Shown here piece by piece: positions 26,882-38,849 of a stretch of 64,000 bases of DNA (positions within the stretch are counted from its first letter, which is position 1; every line of letters begins with the position of its first letter). Both the position numbers and the translations under genes were made by a program. Under the pieces are notes generated by a model that was not told where the DNA came from, searched no databases, and saw only the letters and a list, made by a program, of their open reading frames with translations. Source of the DNA: Alphaproteobacteria bacterium (GTDB lineage: Bacteria > Pseudomonadota > Alphaproteobacteria > MPNO01); assembly GCA_964291675.2 (NCBI GenBank), contig OZ219866.1, positions 2,304,001 to 2,368,000 of the forward strand, given 5' to 3'.

Positions 26882-28015
26882 TCAGCCGGGCGCCCCGCCG
26901 GCTCTCCACCGCCTGACGTTCTCCAGGGTCGCGTAGGGGCGCAGCATCGCCGGGTCGAAGGCGGCCGGCGCTTCGCCGCGCGCGATCTTGCGGGGCCAGG
27001 CGGGATCGGCGAGCGCGCCCTTGGCGATCGCCGCGGCATCGGCGGTGCCGTCCTCCAGCATGGCTTCGGCGAGCTCCGGGTCGTTCAGCTTGCCGCAGGC
27101 GACGATTTGGACGTCGCCGGGCGCCGCCTCGCGGGCGAGGCGCGCGAGCGATTTGCCCGTCCCGAAGACCGGCTCGAAGCCGCGATGGGCGTTGACGTGG
27201 ATGTAGCTCGGCCCGGCTTCGCCGATGGCGCCGAATATCGTCCGCGCATCGTCCGCGCCGCCGGCCCAGCTATGGGCGAGGTCGTTGACCTTGGTCTCCG
27301 AGATGCGGATGCCGAACGGCGCGCGGCCGTCGAGCGCCTGCTTCACGGCGGCGACGATCTCGGTGTGGTAGCGCACCCGCCGCGCGGTCGGGCCGCCATA
27401 GTCGTCGTCGCGCCGGTTGGTGTAGTCGGTGAGGAACTGGTCGGCCAGATATCCGTTCGCGCCGTGGATCTCGACGCCGTCGAACCCCGCCTCGACCGCG
27501 CGCAGGGCGGCAGCGCCGAAGGCGGCGGCGACGTCCTTCATTTCCCGGCGCGAGATCTCGCGCGGCACCGGGAACCTGCCCTCGCCCTTGTAGTGCGGCG
27601 CCATCTCGCCGACGGGTTCCACCGCCGACGGGGCGACCGCCCGGTCCACGTAGTCGTTGTGCTGGATCAGCGCGCCGGCATGCAGGAGCTGCATGAAGAT
27701 CGGCACCCCCTCGGCGTGGACCGCGGCGGCCACCTTGCGCCAGGAGTCGCGCTGGGCGTCGTTGGCGATGCCCGGCTGGTCGACATAGCCCTGGCTGTGC
27801 GCCGCGTCGATATAGGTGCCTTCGGTGATCACCAGCCCGAACCCGCCTTTCGCGTAGCCCGCGTAGTAGGCCGCCATCGCGTCGGTCGCGAGCCCGCCCG
27901 GTCCGGCGCTGATCCGCGTCATCGGCGCGACCGCCGCCCGGTTGCCGAGCGCGACGTCGCCGATCCGCCCGGGCGAAAAGAGGTTGGCAAAGCGGCCGGT
28001 TTCCGTATCTGTCAC
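26882..28015 (-). CDS. NADH:flavin oxidoreductase (Old Yellow Enzyme family)
   Basis: APMTR, GLVITEG, QLLHAG, GFDGVEIHGANGYL, NRRDDDYGG; start uncertain (GTG). Confidence 0.9.
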   Translation of the reverse strand: MTDTETGRFANLFSPGRIGDVALGNRAAVAPMTRISAGPGGLATDAMAAYYAGYAKGGFGLVITEGTYIDAAHSQGYVDQPGIANDAQRDSWRKVAAAVHAEGVPIFMQLLHAGALIQHNDYVDRAVAPSAVEPVGEMAPHYKGEGRFPVPREISRREMKDVAAAFGAAALRAVEAGFDGVEIHGANGYLADQFLTDYTNRRDDDYGGPTARRVRYHTEIVAAVKQALDGRAPFGIRISETKVNDLAHSWAGGADDARTIFGAIGEAGPSYIHVNAHRGFEPVFGTGKSLARLAREAAPGDVQIVACGKLNDPELAEAMLEDGTADAAAIAKGALADPAWPRKIARGEAPAAFDPAMLRPYATLENVRRWRAGGAPG

Positions 28016-28047
28016 GGTAGGGCTCCGGGGCACGGGGGAAGGGAAGG

Positions 28048-28695
28048 ATGAAACTGTTCAGCTACTGGCGTTCGCTCGCGTCGTTCCGCGTGCGCATCGC
28101 GCTCAACCTCAAGGGCGCGGACTGCGGCATCGAAACAATCGACCTGCTCAAGGGCGACCAGTTCGACGGCGCCTATCGCGCGGTCAACCCGCAACCCGTG
28201 GTGCCCGCGCTGATCGACGGCGGGACGGTGCTCTTCCAGTCGCTCGCGATCGTCGAATATCTCGACGAGACCCGCCCCGAGCCGCCGCTGCTTCCGGCCG
28301 ATCCCGCGGGGCGCGCCCGGGTGCGCGGCATCGCCCAGATCGCGAGCTCGGATACGCACCCGCTGATCGTCCCGCGGATCCGCAAGTACCTGACCGAGGA
28401 TCTCGGGCTCTCCGACGACCGGCTCACCGCCTGGATTCAGAGGTGGATGGGAGCCGGCCTCGAGGCGATGGAGGCGCATCTGGCGGCCGGCCCCGGCACC
28501 GGAAAGTTCTGCCACGGCGACCGGCCCGGCCTCGCCGATCTCTGCCTGGTGCCGCAGATCGTGGGCTCGCGCATGTTCGGCTGTCCCATGGACCCCTACC
28601 CGACGGCGATGCGCATCTTCGAGGCCTGCATGGCGCTCGATGCTTTCGCCGACGCCCATCCGGCGAAACAGCCCGACTTTCCCTCCGATGCTTGA
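28048..28695 (+). CDS. maiA: maleylacetoacetate/maleylpyruvate isomerase (GST zeta)
   Basis: YWRSLASFRVRIALNLKG, QSLAIVEYLDE, ADLCLVPQ, AHPAKQPD. Confidence 0.85.
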   Translation: MKLFSYWRSLASFRVRIALNLKGADCGIETIDLLKGDQFDGAYRAVNPQPVVPALIDGGTVLFQSLAIVEYLDETRPEPPLLPADPAGRARVRGIAQIASSDTHPLIVPRIRKYLTEDLGLSDDRLTAWIQRWMGAGLEAMEAHLAAGPGTGKFCHGDRPGLADLCLVPQIVGSRMFGCPMDPYPTAMRIFEACMALDAFADAHPAKQPDFPSDA

Positions 28696-28718
28696 GCGTT
28701 GAGCCGGCGCCCCCACCA

Positions 28719-28827
28719 CGTCATGGCCGGACTTGTTCCGGCCATCCACGCGGCCTGCCGCTGCGAATGGCAACCGGCCGAGGGACAGCCCGGAGGTGGA
28801 TGCCCGGAACGAGTCCGGGCATGACGG
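28719..28827. repeat. family-B REP-like doublet (inverted pair)
   Basis: cgtcatggccggacttgttccggccatcc ... ggatgcccggaacgagtccgggcatgacg, between convergent genes. Confidence 0.85.
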
Positions 28828-28861
28828 GGGCAGCGGGAATGGTTCCACCCGAACCGGCACG

Positions 28862-29596
28862 CTAAGCGTTGAGCCGGCGTCCCGCCTCGAGCTTGGCCGC
28901 GAACTGCTCGTTGTCGAGCACCCAGCCGAGGCACCGCATCACGTTCTGCAGCCCGAACTCGTGCAGGTCGTCGCCATACATGCTGGCCACGCAGTCGGAC
29001 AGCACGACCGCCGCGTAGTTCTTGTTGTGCGCGGTGAAGGCGGTGTTCAGCACGCAGGTGTTGGTGTTGATCCCCATCAGGCAGACGTTCCGCGCGCCCA
29101 GGTTCTCCAGCAGCATGTCGAGGTCGGTGCCCATGAAGCAGTCGAGGCGCTTCTTGTTGTCGATCACGTAGTCGGACGATGCGTAGAGCGCCGGGACGAT
29201 CTGGGTGCCCGGGCTGCCCTCGATGTTGTGGTCGTTCACCGTCGACTTGCGGCCGAGCGTGAGCCGGTTCTCCGCGTCGGCGATCTCCGACATCGCGGCC
29301 CAGAACGGTGCCTTCATGCCCTCGCTGCCGAGACCCGGAATCCTGCGATAGACCAGGATGACATGGATCACCGGGACGCCGTTCTCGCGCGCCAGATCGA
29401 GCACCCGCTTCGCGTTGGCGATCACCCGCGCGCTGTCTTCCGCCTTGGCCGGCATGGTCGCGACCTCGGGGTCGAGATGGCCGCGATGCATGTCGACGGT
29501 CACGACCGCCGTCTCCGCCGGCTTCAGGTGAAGCTGCCCGGTCATCCGGTCGACCATCTCCGACCGGTCGAGTATCTGCACGCTGCGTTCCGCCAT
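28862..29596 (-). CDS. isochorismatase-family cysteine hydrolase
   Basis: Asp-Lys-Cys triad motifs VDMH, NKKR and GINTNTCVLNT. Confidence 0.9.
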   Translation of the reverse strand: MAERSVQILDRSEMVDRMTGQLHLKPAETAVVTVDMHRGHLDPEVATMPAKAEDSARVIANAKRVLDLARENGVPVIHVILVYRRIPGLGSEGMKAPFWAAMSEIADAENRLTLGRKSTVNDHNIEGSPGTQIVPALYASSDYVIDNKKRLDCFMGTDLDMLLENLGARNVCLMGINTNTCVLNTAFTAHNKNYAAVVLSDCVASMYGDDLHEFGLQNVMRCLGWVLDNEQFAAKLEAGRRLNA

Positions 29597-29700
29597 GGCG
29601 CTCTCCCCATCTGGCCCGATTCTCGTATTGGCGTATATTTGTCGTATCAGAAAACTTCCGGCGGTCAAAACCGGAGCCGTGTCATTGGCTGGAGACGTTC

Positions 29701-31479
29701 ATGAGCGAGCACAGGACCGAGATCAGGGACGGGATGATCGTCGAGTGGGATGCGCCCATCGAGATGGATGACGGGATCGCGCTGCGCTGCGACGTCTACC
29801 GTCCGGTCGAGGACGGGAGCTACCCCGTCATCATCTCCTACGGCCCCTACGGCAAGCTCCTGCATTTCGAGGACCTGTACACCGATCAGTGGCGCCGGAT
29901 GGCCAGGAACCACCCCGATGTCGTCGCCGGCTCCTCCAATCTCTACCAGAACTGGGAGGTGGTCGACCCGGAGAAATGGGTGCCCGACGGCTACGCCGTG
30001 GTGCGCGTCGACTCGCGCGGCGCCGGGCGCTCGCCCGGCTTCCTCGACATCTGGTCGGCGCGCGAGGCGCGCGACTTCCACGACTGCATCGAATGGGCCG
30101 GCACCCGGGAATGGTCGAACGGCAAGGTCGGCGCCAACGGCATCTCGTACTACGCGATGAACCAGTGGCAGGTCGCCGCGCTGCAACCGCCGCATCTGGC
30201 GGCGATCTGCATCTGGGAGGGCGCGGCCGATTTCTATCGCGACCTCGCCTATCACGGCGGCATATTGTGCGCCTTCGGGCGCGCCTGGTACCCGTCCCAG
30301 GTCAAGACCGTGCAGCACGGCGTCGGCGAGAACGGGTTCCGCAGCCGCATGAACGGCGAGTGGGTCGCCGGCCCGCCGACGCTGAGCCAAGAGGAGCTCG
30401 GCTCCAACCGGGCGGATTTCTGGCGGGACTGCCAGGACAACCCGCTCGACAGCGCGGCGTACTGGCAGTCCCGCATGCCGGACTGGTCGAAAGTCGAGGT
30501 GCCGCTCTTCTCGTCCGGCAACTGGGGCGGGCAGGGGCTCCACCCGCGCGGCAATTTCGAGGGCTTCGTGCGCTCGGCCTCGGACGAGAAATGGCTCGAA
30601 GTGCACGGCATCGAGCACTGGACCGAGTTCTATACCGATTACGGGGTGGCGCTTCAGAAGAAGTTCTTCGGGCATTTCCTGAAGGGCGAGGACACCGGCT
30701 GGAAGGACCAGCCCAGGGTCCAGCTCCAGATCCGCCATCCGGGCGAGAAATTCGTGGAGCGCCACGAGGACGGCTGGCCGATCCCGCGCACGCGATGGAC
30801 GAAGCTCCATCTCGGCGCCGCGGACCACTCGTTGAACGCGGACCCCCCGGCGGCGGACGGCGCGGTCACCTATGCCGGGCTGGGCGAGGGCGCGACCTTC
30901 CTGACCGCGCCGATGGAGGAGGAGACCGAGATCACCGGGCCGATGGCGGCCAAGCTCTGGATATCGTCGAGCACGGAGGACGCGGATCTGTTCCTCGTCG
31001 TGCGCGTGTTCGCGCCCGATTTCAGGGAGGTGACGTTCCAGGGCGCGCTCGATCCCAACACGCCGGTCGCGCAAGGCTGGCTGCGCGCCTCGCACCGCAA
31101 GCTCGACGAGCGCCTGTCGCTGCCCTACCGGCCCTACCACACCCATGATGAGGTGCAGAAGCTGACCCCGGGCGAGGTCTACGCGCTCGACATCGAGATC
31201 TGGCCGAGCTGCATCGTCGTGCCCAAGGGCTACCGCGTCGGCCTTTCGGTGCGCGGGCGGGACTACGAATGGCCGGGCGGGCAGGCGGTCGGGCTCGGCA
31301 CGCTGGGGGCCGTCTTCACCGGGGTCGGCCCGTTCAAGCATGACGACGCGGGCGACCGGCCGGCGCATGTCTATGGCGGCGACGTGACGATCCATATGGG
31401 TCCCGGCCGGCCGTCCCACCTCCTGCTGCCCATCGTCCCGGCTGACGCGACCGTGGACAATCCGGTGCGCAGCGCCTAA
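29701..31479 (+). CDS. CocE/NonD family serine hydrolase
   Basis: DGIALRCDVYRP, GPYGK, VDSRGAGRSPG, GISYYA nucleophile, C-terminal GWLRASHR. Confidence 0.9.
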   Translation: MSEHRTEIRDGMIVEWDAPIEMDDGIALRCDVYRPVEDGSYPVIISYGPYGKLLHFEDLYTDQWRRMARNHPDVVAGSSNLYQNWEVVDPEKWVPDGYAVVRVDSRGAGRSPGFLDIWSAREARDFHDCIEWAGTREWSNGKVGANGISYYAMNQWQVAALQPPHLAAICIWEGAADFYRDLAYHGGILCAFGRAWYPSQVKTVQHGVGENGFRSRMNGEWVAGPPTLSQEELGSNRADFWRDCQDNPLDSAAYWQSRMPDWSKVEVPLFSSGNWGGQGLHPRGNFEGFVRSASDEKWLEVHGIEHWTEFYTDYGVALQKKFFGHFLKGEDTGWKDQPRVQLQIRHPGEKFVERHEDGWPIPRTRWTKLHLGAADHSLNADPPAADGAVTYAGLGEGATFLTAPMEEETEITGPMAAKLWISSSTEDADLFLVVRVFAPDFREVTFQGALDPNTPVAQGWLRASHRKLDERLSLPYRPYHTHDEVQKLTPGEVYALDIEIWPSCIVVPKGYRVGLSVRGRDYEWPGGQAVGLGTLGAVFTGVGPFKHDDAGDRPAHVYGGDVTIHMGPGRPSHLLLPIVPADATVDNPVRSA

Positions 31480-31488
31480 TCAGGAGCG

Positions 31489-32145
31489 ATGGAGGCGGAG
31501 GGCACACGGCCCAGGGCCGGGCGCGGCAACGGGACTCTGGGGCCCCGCGTGCGGCGCATCCGCAAGGAGCTCGGCATGACGCTCGCCGAGGTCTCCGAGG
31601 CCACCGGGATCTCGATCTCGGCGATCTCCAAGATCGAGAACGACCAGGTCTCGCCCACCTTCGCCAATCTGATGCGCCTCGCCGAGGGTCTCGACATCCC
31701 GCTGAGCCGCCTGGTCTCGCTCGACGGCGAGGACCGGTCCGGCTCCGCCCGGCTGGCCGTGACCCGCGCCGGCGACGCCAAGTTCCGCGCCACCCAGAGC
31801 TACGACATCTGGGCGCTGTGCACCGACATCCAGCACAAGCGCATGCTGCCGATGGTCGAGCGCGTGCGCAGCCGCGACCCCGACACCGCCGACGGCATGC
31901 TGAGCCATTCGGGGGAAGAATTCGTCTACGTGCTGAAGGGCACCGTCACCGTCCACACCGAACACTACGAGCCGGTGACGCTGGACGAGGGCGACAGCCT
32001 CTACATGGACAGCCAGATGGCGCACACCTACACGACCGTGGGCGAGGACGACGCCGAGATCCTGATGGTGTGGCTCAGCCCCGCCGCGCAAAGCAGCAGC
32101 GACAGCACCCGCATGGTGGAATCGCTGCTCAACCGGAGAGCGTGA
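31489..32145 (+). CDS. XRE-family HTH plus cupin transcriptional regulator
   Basis: TLAEVSEATGISISAISKIENDQVSPT HTH; HSGEEFVYVLKG...GDSLYMDSQMAH cupin. Confidence 0.9.
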   Translation: MEAEGTRPRAGRGNGTLGPRVRRIRKELGMTLAEVSEATGISISAISKIENDQVSPTFANLMRLAEGLDIPLSRLVSLDGEDRSGSARLAVTRAGDAKFRATQSYDIWALCTDIQHKRMLPMVERVRSRDPDTADGMLSHSGEEFVYVLKGTVTVHTEHYEPVTLDEGDSLYMDSQMAHTYTTVGEDDAEILMVWLSPAAQSSSDSTRMVESLLNRRA

Positions 32146-32417
32146 GCGCGGCTCTCTCCGCCGTCGCCCCTACTCCCCACCGTCATTTCGACCGAAGCGC
32201 GGAGCGCCTGCATGACGGCGGGGTAGGCGTGCTTCCGGTCTTCGACCTCCCACTTCCGGAAATGATCGCCGCAGACGTTGGCCAATCCCGGCGCCAGGCA
32301 CAAGACGGCAACGGCCAGCAGAGCCTTCCGCATGGTTCTTTCCTGTGTCGGTCGCGACGCCGGCTCGTGCCGGGCCGTTGCATGCGACACACAGGATGCG
32401 AGACCCCGCCCATTCGC

Positions 32418-32433
32418 TAGCCCGCATTTCCCG
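32418..32433 (+). repeat. outer part of a MITE-like terminal repeat, split by the intron (5' exon)
   Basis: tagcccgcatttcccg aligns to tagcccggatttctca, the reverse complement of 47573-47588. Confidence 0.75.
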
Positions 32434-34416
<1,983 letters not shown>

Positions 34417-34490
34417 CCCCTGTCATGGCCTGCGTCGCGCGCAGGCGTTCGATCCGTCAGGAGCGGGCCAAAAAGTTGGGCGTATCGGCC
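34417..34490 (+). repeat. continuation of the MITE-like repeat (3' exon)
   Basis: cccctgtcatggcctgcgtcgcgcgcaggcgttcgatccgtcaggagcgggcc aligns without gaps to the reverse complement of 47520-47572. Confidence 0.85.
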
Positions 34491-34537
34491 AAGAGATGTA
34501 TGCTCGCGGTGGTTGCAGAGACCAGAGAACGCTGGAG

Positions 34538-34884
34538 ATGAGCGCCGAGTTGATTGCCATCTTCGCTACTGGTATCGCGCTGGCCGGGCTGATCCTGACG
34601 GTTACCGGGAGGCTGTCCACGCGGCTCACGGCAGTCGAGAAGGAAACTGCCCGGGTCGCGGGCGCGGTCGATATCCTGACCGAATTCCTGATCGACCGCG
34701 AACGCTCAGCCACCGGGGGGATGACCATGACGGAGACGACGTCTGGCAAGGTCGAAATCGTCCACCCCTCCTACCGGCCAAACAAGGAAGACATGCGGGT
34801 CGATGCCGCCTTCGAGGAGGCCGTCGACACGCTCACGCGCCTGTTCGCATTCTCTATTTCGATCGGCCGAGGCGCGGCAAATAG
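34538..34884 (+). pseudogene. small TM/coiled-coil ORF fused to a second small, frameshifted ORF remnant
   Basis: MSAELIAIFATGIALAGLILTVTGRLSTRLTAVEKETAR... (GGAG RBS, one TM helix) runs without a stop into MTETTSGKVEIVHPSYRP...FEEAVDTLTR. A likely tail PVRILYFDRPRRGK* is in another frame. Confidence 0.45.
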
Positions 34885-34997
34885 CCGGGCCGTCGCCGAA
34901 CCCTCGGCACTTTCCCACGTAGTCCTCCCGCGGCTTGCCCCCGTCGGGGCCAGCCATGACGCGGGCGGAAGGAGCGGGAAGGGGCGAAGGACCGCCG

Positions 34998-37328
34998 CTA
35001 ACCCCCGCCCGCGTCGATCAGGTCGCAGAGCTCTTCCGGGCTCACCGGGTAGGACCGGATGACCACGCCGAAGGGTTCCAGCGCGTTCTCGATCGCCGCC
35101 ACGATCGCCGATGTCGCCGGGATCGTGCCGCCCTCGCCGGCGCCCTTGATGCCGAGCGGGTTGAGCGGCGAGGGCGTCTCCTGGTGGGCGATGGCGATCG
35201 GCGGCATCTCGGTGGCGATCGGCAGCAGGTACTCGCCGTAATTGTTGTTCAGCGGCTGCCCGGCCCCGTCGTAGACCAGCCGTTCGAACAGCGCGTTGCC
35301 GATGCCGTGGACCACGCCGCCGACGATCTGCCCGTCCACCATCATCGGGTTGATCATGTTGCCGCAATCATGCGCCACCGAGTAGCGCAGCACGCGCACC
35401 TCGCCGGTGCCGATATCGACCTCGACCTCGGCGATGTTGGAGCCCGACGCGGTCGGCATGCCGTCCGACGTCCTATACGAGGTCGCCTCCAGCCCCGGCG
35501 CGAAGCCCTTGGGCAGCGGCCCCCCCGCCATCGGCGCGAGCTGCCTGGCAAGCTCGCCGTAGGTGACCGTCATCTCCGGCACGCCGGCCACGCCGATCAC
35601 GCCGTCCTCCACCTCCAGGTCCTCGACCGAGGCCTCCAGCCGCTCGGCGGCGAGACCGAGCGCCTTGTCGCGCACGCTGTCGGCCGCGTCGAACACCGCC
35701 GTCGAGGCGTTGACCGCCACCCGGCTGCCGATGGTGCCGACGCCGTGCGGGAAGGCCCCGGTATCGGCGGCCATGACGTAGATGTCGTCGAGCGCCACGT
35801 CGAGCCGGTCGGCGCAGACCTGCGCCAGCATGGTCTCGTGCCCCTGGCCCTGGCTCGCAGCCCCGGTCTGGATCAGCACCTTGCCGTCGGGCTGGACGCG
35901 CACCGTGGCCCCCTCATAGGGCCCGACGCCGGTATCCTCGATGCAGCTGGAGACGCCGATCCCGAGATAGCGGCCCTGTTCCCGCGCCGCCTTCTGGCGG
36001 GCGGCGAAGCCGGCGTATTCGGCGAGCTCGACGACCTTGTCGAGGCAGCCCTCGAAATCGCCGCTGTCGTACTTGATCGGCGAGCCATCGCGGAATTTTT
36101 GGCCGGTATCGTATGGAAACCCGTCCGCCGGCACGTAGTTGCGCCGCCGCACCTCGGCCTGGTCGAGACCGAGCTCGCGGGCGATCCGGGCGATCAGGCG
36201 TTCCATCGCGAAGGCCGCGTTGGGCCGGCCGGCGCCGCGGATCGGCGAGTTCGGCGCGGTGTTGGTGAACACCACGTCCATGGCGACGTCGAGCGCCGGC
36301 ACCGCGTAGGGGCCGGGGAGCGGCGTCAGCGTGGTCATCGGCAGCAGCAGGCCGTAGGGCACATAGGCCCCGTTGTCGTGGACCACGCGCCCGCGGACGC
36401 CGAGCAGCCTGCCGTCGGAGTCCACCGCCGCCTGCAGCGTCCATTCCTGGTCGCGCTGGGTGTTGGTGGTCACGAAATGCTCGCGCCGGTCCTCGATCCA
36501 CTTGACCGGCCGCCCGAGGGCGGAGGCGGCCAGCGGTACCACGATCTCCTCGGCGTAGACGCCCGCCTTGGGGCCGAACCCGCCGCCGACATCGGGCGCA
36601 ACCACCCGCACCCTTCCCTCGTCGCGGCCGAGATAGGCGGCGACATTGCGGCGCACCAGATACGGGCATTGCGTCGCCGAGATTATCGTGAGCCCGTCCT
36701 GATGCGGGCGGTCCTCGGCGATGACGCCGCGGCACTCCATCGCGTGGCAGCCGCCGCGATGCTGCAAGAACCGTTCCTCGAAGACATGCGCGGCATCGGC
36801 GAAGGCGGCGTCGGCCTCACCGAAGGCGACGCGCAGCCGGGCCACGACATTGTCGGGCGAGTCGGCATGCGCCAGCGGCGCGCCGTCCTTCGCCGCCTCG
36901 CGGCAGTCGACCACGGCGGGCAGCTTCTCGTAATCGACCGCCACCAGCCCCGCCGCGTCCTCGGCGATATGGCGCGTCTCGGCGACCGCGACGGCGATCC
37001 CCTGGCCGACATAGCACACCTCATCCCTGGCCAGCGGGTACTGGGTCGTGGGTTGCAGCAGGACCGGCGCCGGGTAGGGCTGGACCATCGGCCGGTCGCG
37101 GTATTCCGGCGGGAAGTCCGCAAGCGTGAACACGGCGTGGACGCCCGGCAGCGCCCGCGCGGCTTCCGCGTCGATCGAGCGGATCCGCGCATGCGCCTCG
37201 GTCGAGCGGACGATCGCCGCCTCCAGCATGCCGGGCAGCTCGATGTCGTCGACATAGCGCCCGTTGCCGGTGACCAGGCGCGCGTCCTCGACCCGGCGCA
37301 CCTCGGCGCCGAAATAGCGAACCCCCAT
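34998..37328 (-). CDS. molybdopterin-binding large subunit, xanthine oxidase/CoxL-like family
   Basis: RVEDARLVTG, VGGGFGPK, PIRGAGRP, QGQGHET, KGAGEGG. It lacks the AYRCSFR signature of form I CO dehydrogenase. Confidence 0.9.
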   Translation of the reverse strand: MGVRYFGAEVRRVEDARLVTGNGRYVDDIELPGMLEAAIVRSTEAHARIRSIDAEAARALPGVHAVFTLADFPPEYRDRPMVQPYPAPVLLQPTTQYPLARDEVCYVGQGIAVAVAETRHIAEDAAGLVAVDYEKLPAVVDCREAAKDGAPLAHADSPDNVVARLRVAFGEADAAFADAAHVFEERFLQHRGGCHAMECRGVIAEDRPHQDGLTIISATQCPYLVRRNVAAYLGRDEGRVRVVAPDVGGGFGPKAGVYAEEIVVPLAASALGRPVKWIEDRREHFVTTNTQRDQEWTLQAAVDSDGRLLGVRGRVVHDNGAYVPYGLLLPMTTLTPLPGPYAVPALDVAMDVVFTNTAPNSPIRGAGRPNAAFAMERLIARIARELGLDQAEVRRRNYVPADGFPYDTGQKFRDGSPIKYDSGDFEGCLDKVVELAEYAGFAARQKAAREQGRYLGIGVSSCIEDTGVGPYEGATVRVQPDGKVLIQTGAASQGQGHETMLAQVCADRLDVALDDIYVMAADTGAFPHGVGTIGSRVAVNASTAVFDAADSVRDKALGLAAERLEASVEDLEVEDGVIGVAGVPEMTVTYGELARQLAPMAGGPLPKGFAPGLEATSYRTSDGMPTASGSNIAEVEVDIGTGEVRVLRYSVAHDCGNMINPMMVDGQIVGGVVHGIGNALFERLVYDGAGQPLNNNYGEYLLPIATEMPPIAIAHQETPSPLNPLGIKGAGEGGTIPATSAIVAAIENALEPFGVVIRSYPVSPEELCDLIDAGGG

Positions 37329-37331
37329 CGC

Positions 37332-37826
37332 TCAATCCTCCTCCTGGGCCGCGCCGGAAGCGGCGAGCGCGGCGGCGACGATCGGCTGGTAGCCGGTGCA
37401 GCGGCAGATATTGCCCGAGATCGCCTCGCGGACCTCCCGGTCGGTGGGCGCCTTGTTGTCGCGCAGGAAGGCGGTCAGCGAGGTCAGCATGCCGGGCGTG
37501 CAGAACCCGCATTGCAGCGCGTGGTGCTCGCGGAACGCCTCCTGCAACGGCGAGAGCGTGCCGTCGGCCGCCGCCAGCCCCTCGACGGTGGTCACCTCGC
37601 GGCCGCGCGCCTGGACGGCCAGCATCAGGCAGGACCTCACCGCCTGGCCGTCGACCAGGACCGTGCAGGCGCCGCAGACGCCATGCTCGCAGCCGAGATG
37701 GGTGCCGGTCAGCTTGACCTCCCGGCGCAGGAAATCGCCGAGATGGAGCCGGTCCTCGATTTCGGCCTCCACCGGGGCGCCGTTCACGGTGAGCGAGATG
37801 CGGTGGGTGTGTCTTGCGTCTGCCAT
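37332..37826 (-). CDS. 2Fe-2S small subunit (CoxS-like)
   Basis: GCEHGVCGACTV, SC, QCGFCTPG, NICRCTGY. Confidence 0.95.
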   Translation of the reverse strand: MADARHTHRISLTVNGAPVEAEIEDRLHLGDFLRREVKLTGTHLGCEHGVCGACTVLVDGQAVRSCLMLAVQARGREVTTVEGLAAADGTLSPLQEAFREHHALQCGFCTPGMLTSLTAFLRDNKAPTDREVREAISGNICRCTGYQPIVAAALAASGAAQEED

Positions 37827-37827
37827 G

Positions 37828-38694
37828 TCAGGCGGCCTCCCTGGCCCGCTCGGCGGCGCTCGCCAGCGCGCGCTCCACCAGCACGCCGGTCAGGCGCTGG
37901 CGGTACTTGGCGCTGACATAGGCGTCGCTCATCGCCTCGATCCCGCGCGCCTCGCCGGCCGCCGCCCTGAAGGTCGCGGGGTTTGCCGCTTCGCCCGCGA
38001 GCGCCGCCTCGATTTCGGCGAGGCGGACCGGGTGCGGAGCGACGCCGGCCACGGCAAGCGACGCGCGCCGGATCGTGTCGCCCGCGAGCGAGAGCATCGC
38101 CGCCACGCCGACGATGGCGAAATCGCCGTGCCGTCTCGCGAACTCGACGAAGGCCTGGCCGTCGAGCGCCGCGCTCGCGGGCAGGCGGATGCGGATCAGC
38201 GCCTCGTCCGCGGCGAGGTTCGGCGTCATGTAGGCGAGCGGCCAGTCGGCCATCGCCACCTCGCGTTCGCCGTCCCGCCCGCGCACCGTCAGCACCGCGT
38301 CCGTCGCGGCGGCGACGCAGGGAAGCTCGGCCGACGGATCGAGATGGCACAGGCTGCCGCCCACCGTGCCGCGGTTGCGGGTCTGGAAGTGGCCGACATG
38401 GGCGAGCGCCTCGGCGAGGATCGGAAACCGCCCGGCGGCCGGGCGGGAGCCCAGCAGGTCGCGCTGGCGCGTCATCGCGCCGATTTCGATCCCCTCTGCG
38501 CTATCCGCGACCCCGGCGAGCGCGCCCACTCCGTTGAGGTCGATCAGGTGGTCGGGCATCGCGTAGCGCATGTTGAGCATCGGCATCAGCGACTGGCCGC
38601 CGGCCAGCAGCCTGGCGTTCTCCCTCTCGGCCAGCAGGCCCATCAGCTCGTCGACCGTCGACGGGTCGTGATAGGCGAACGGCGCCGGTTTCAT
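37828..38694 (-). CDS. FAD-binding medium subunit (CoxM-like)
   Basis: MKPAPFAY, LAGGQSL, RNRGTVGGS, RRHGDFA. Confidence 0.95.
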   Translation of the reverse strand: MKPAPFAYHDPSTVDELMGLLAERENARLLAGGQSLMPMLNMRYAMPDHLIDLNGVGALAGVADSAEGIEIGAMTRQRDLLGSRPAAGRFPILAEALAHVGHFQTRNRGTVGGSLCHLDPSAELPCVAAATDAVLTVRGRDGEREVAMADWPLAYMTPNLAADEALIRIRLPASAALDGQAFVEFARRHGDFAIVGVAAMLSLAGDTIRRASLAVAGVAPHPVRLAEIEAALAGEAANPATFRAAAGEARGIEAMSDAYVSAKYRQRLTGVLVERALASAAERAREAA

Positions 38695-38849
38695 GGTCGG
38701 TCTCCCATTCTCGGGCGTTCGGTTTTTTCCAATCTCACGAAATTTTCCAAAAGTGCAATTCCCTTGTTCGGCCCCGGGGATTTGTTTAGCTTGCCGGTCT
38801 GAACGATGTACCCGCTGGGTTGCAACACGGATCAGGGGAGGTCCACCGA

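Noticed and set aside
29618-29670. AT-rich spacer as a shared XRE operator with 38720-38765
   Set aside because: Both are probably divergent promoter regions, but I could not find a convincing shared palindrome.
34998-38694. Aerobic CO dehydrogenase
   Set aside because: The active-site loop is PIRGAGR, not AYRCSFR, and no coxDEFG accessory genes are nearby.
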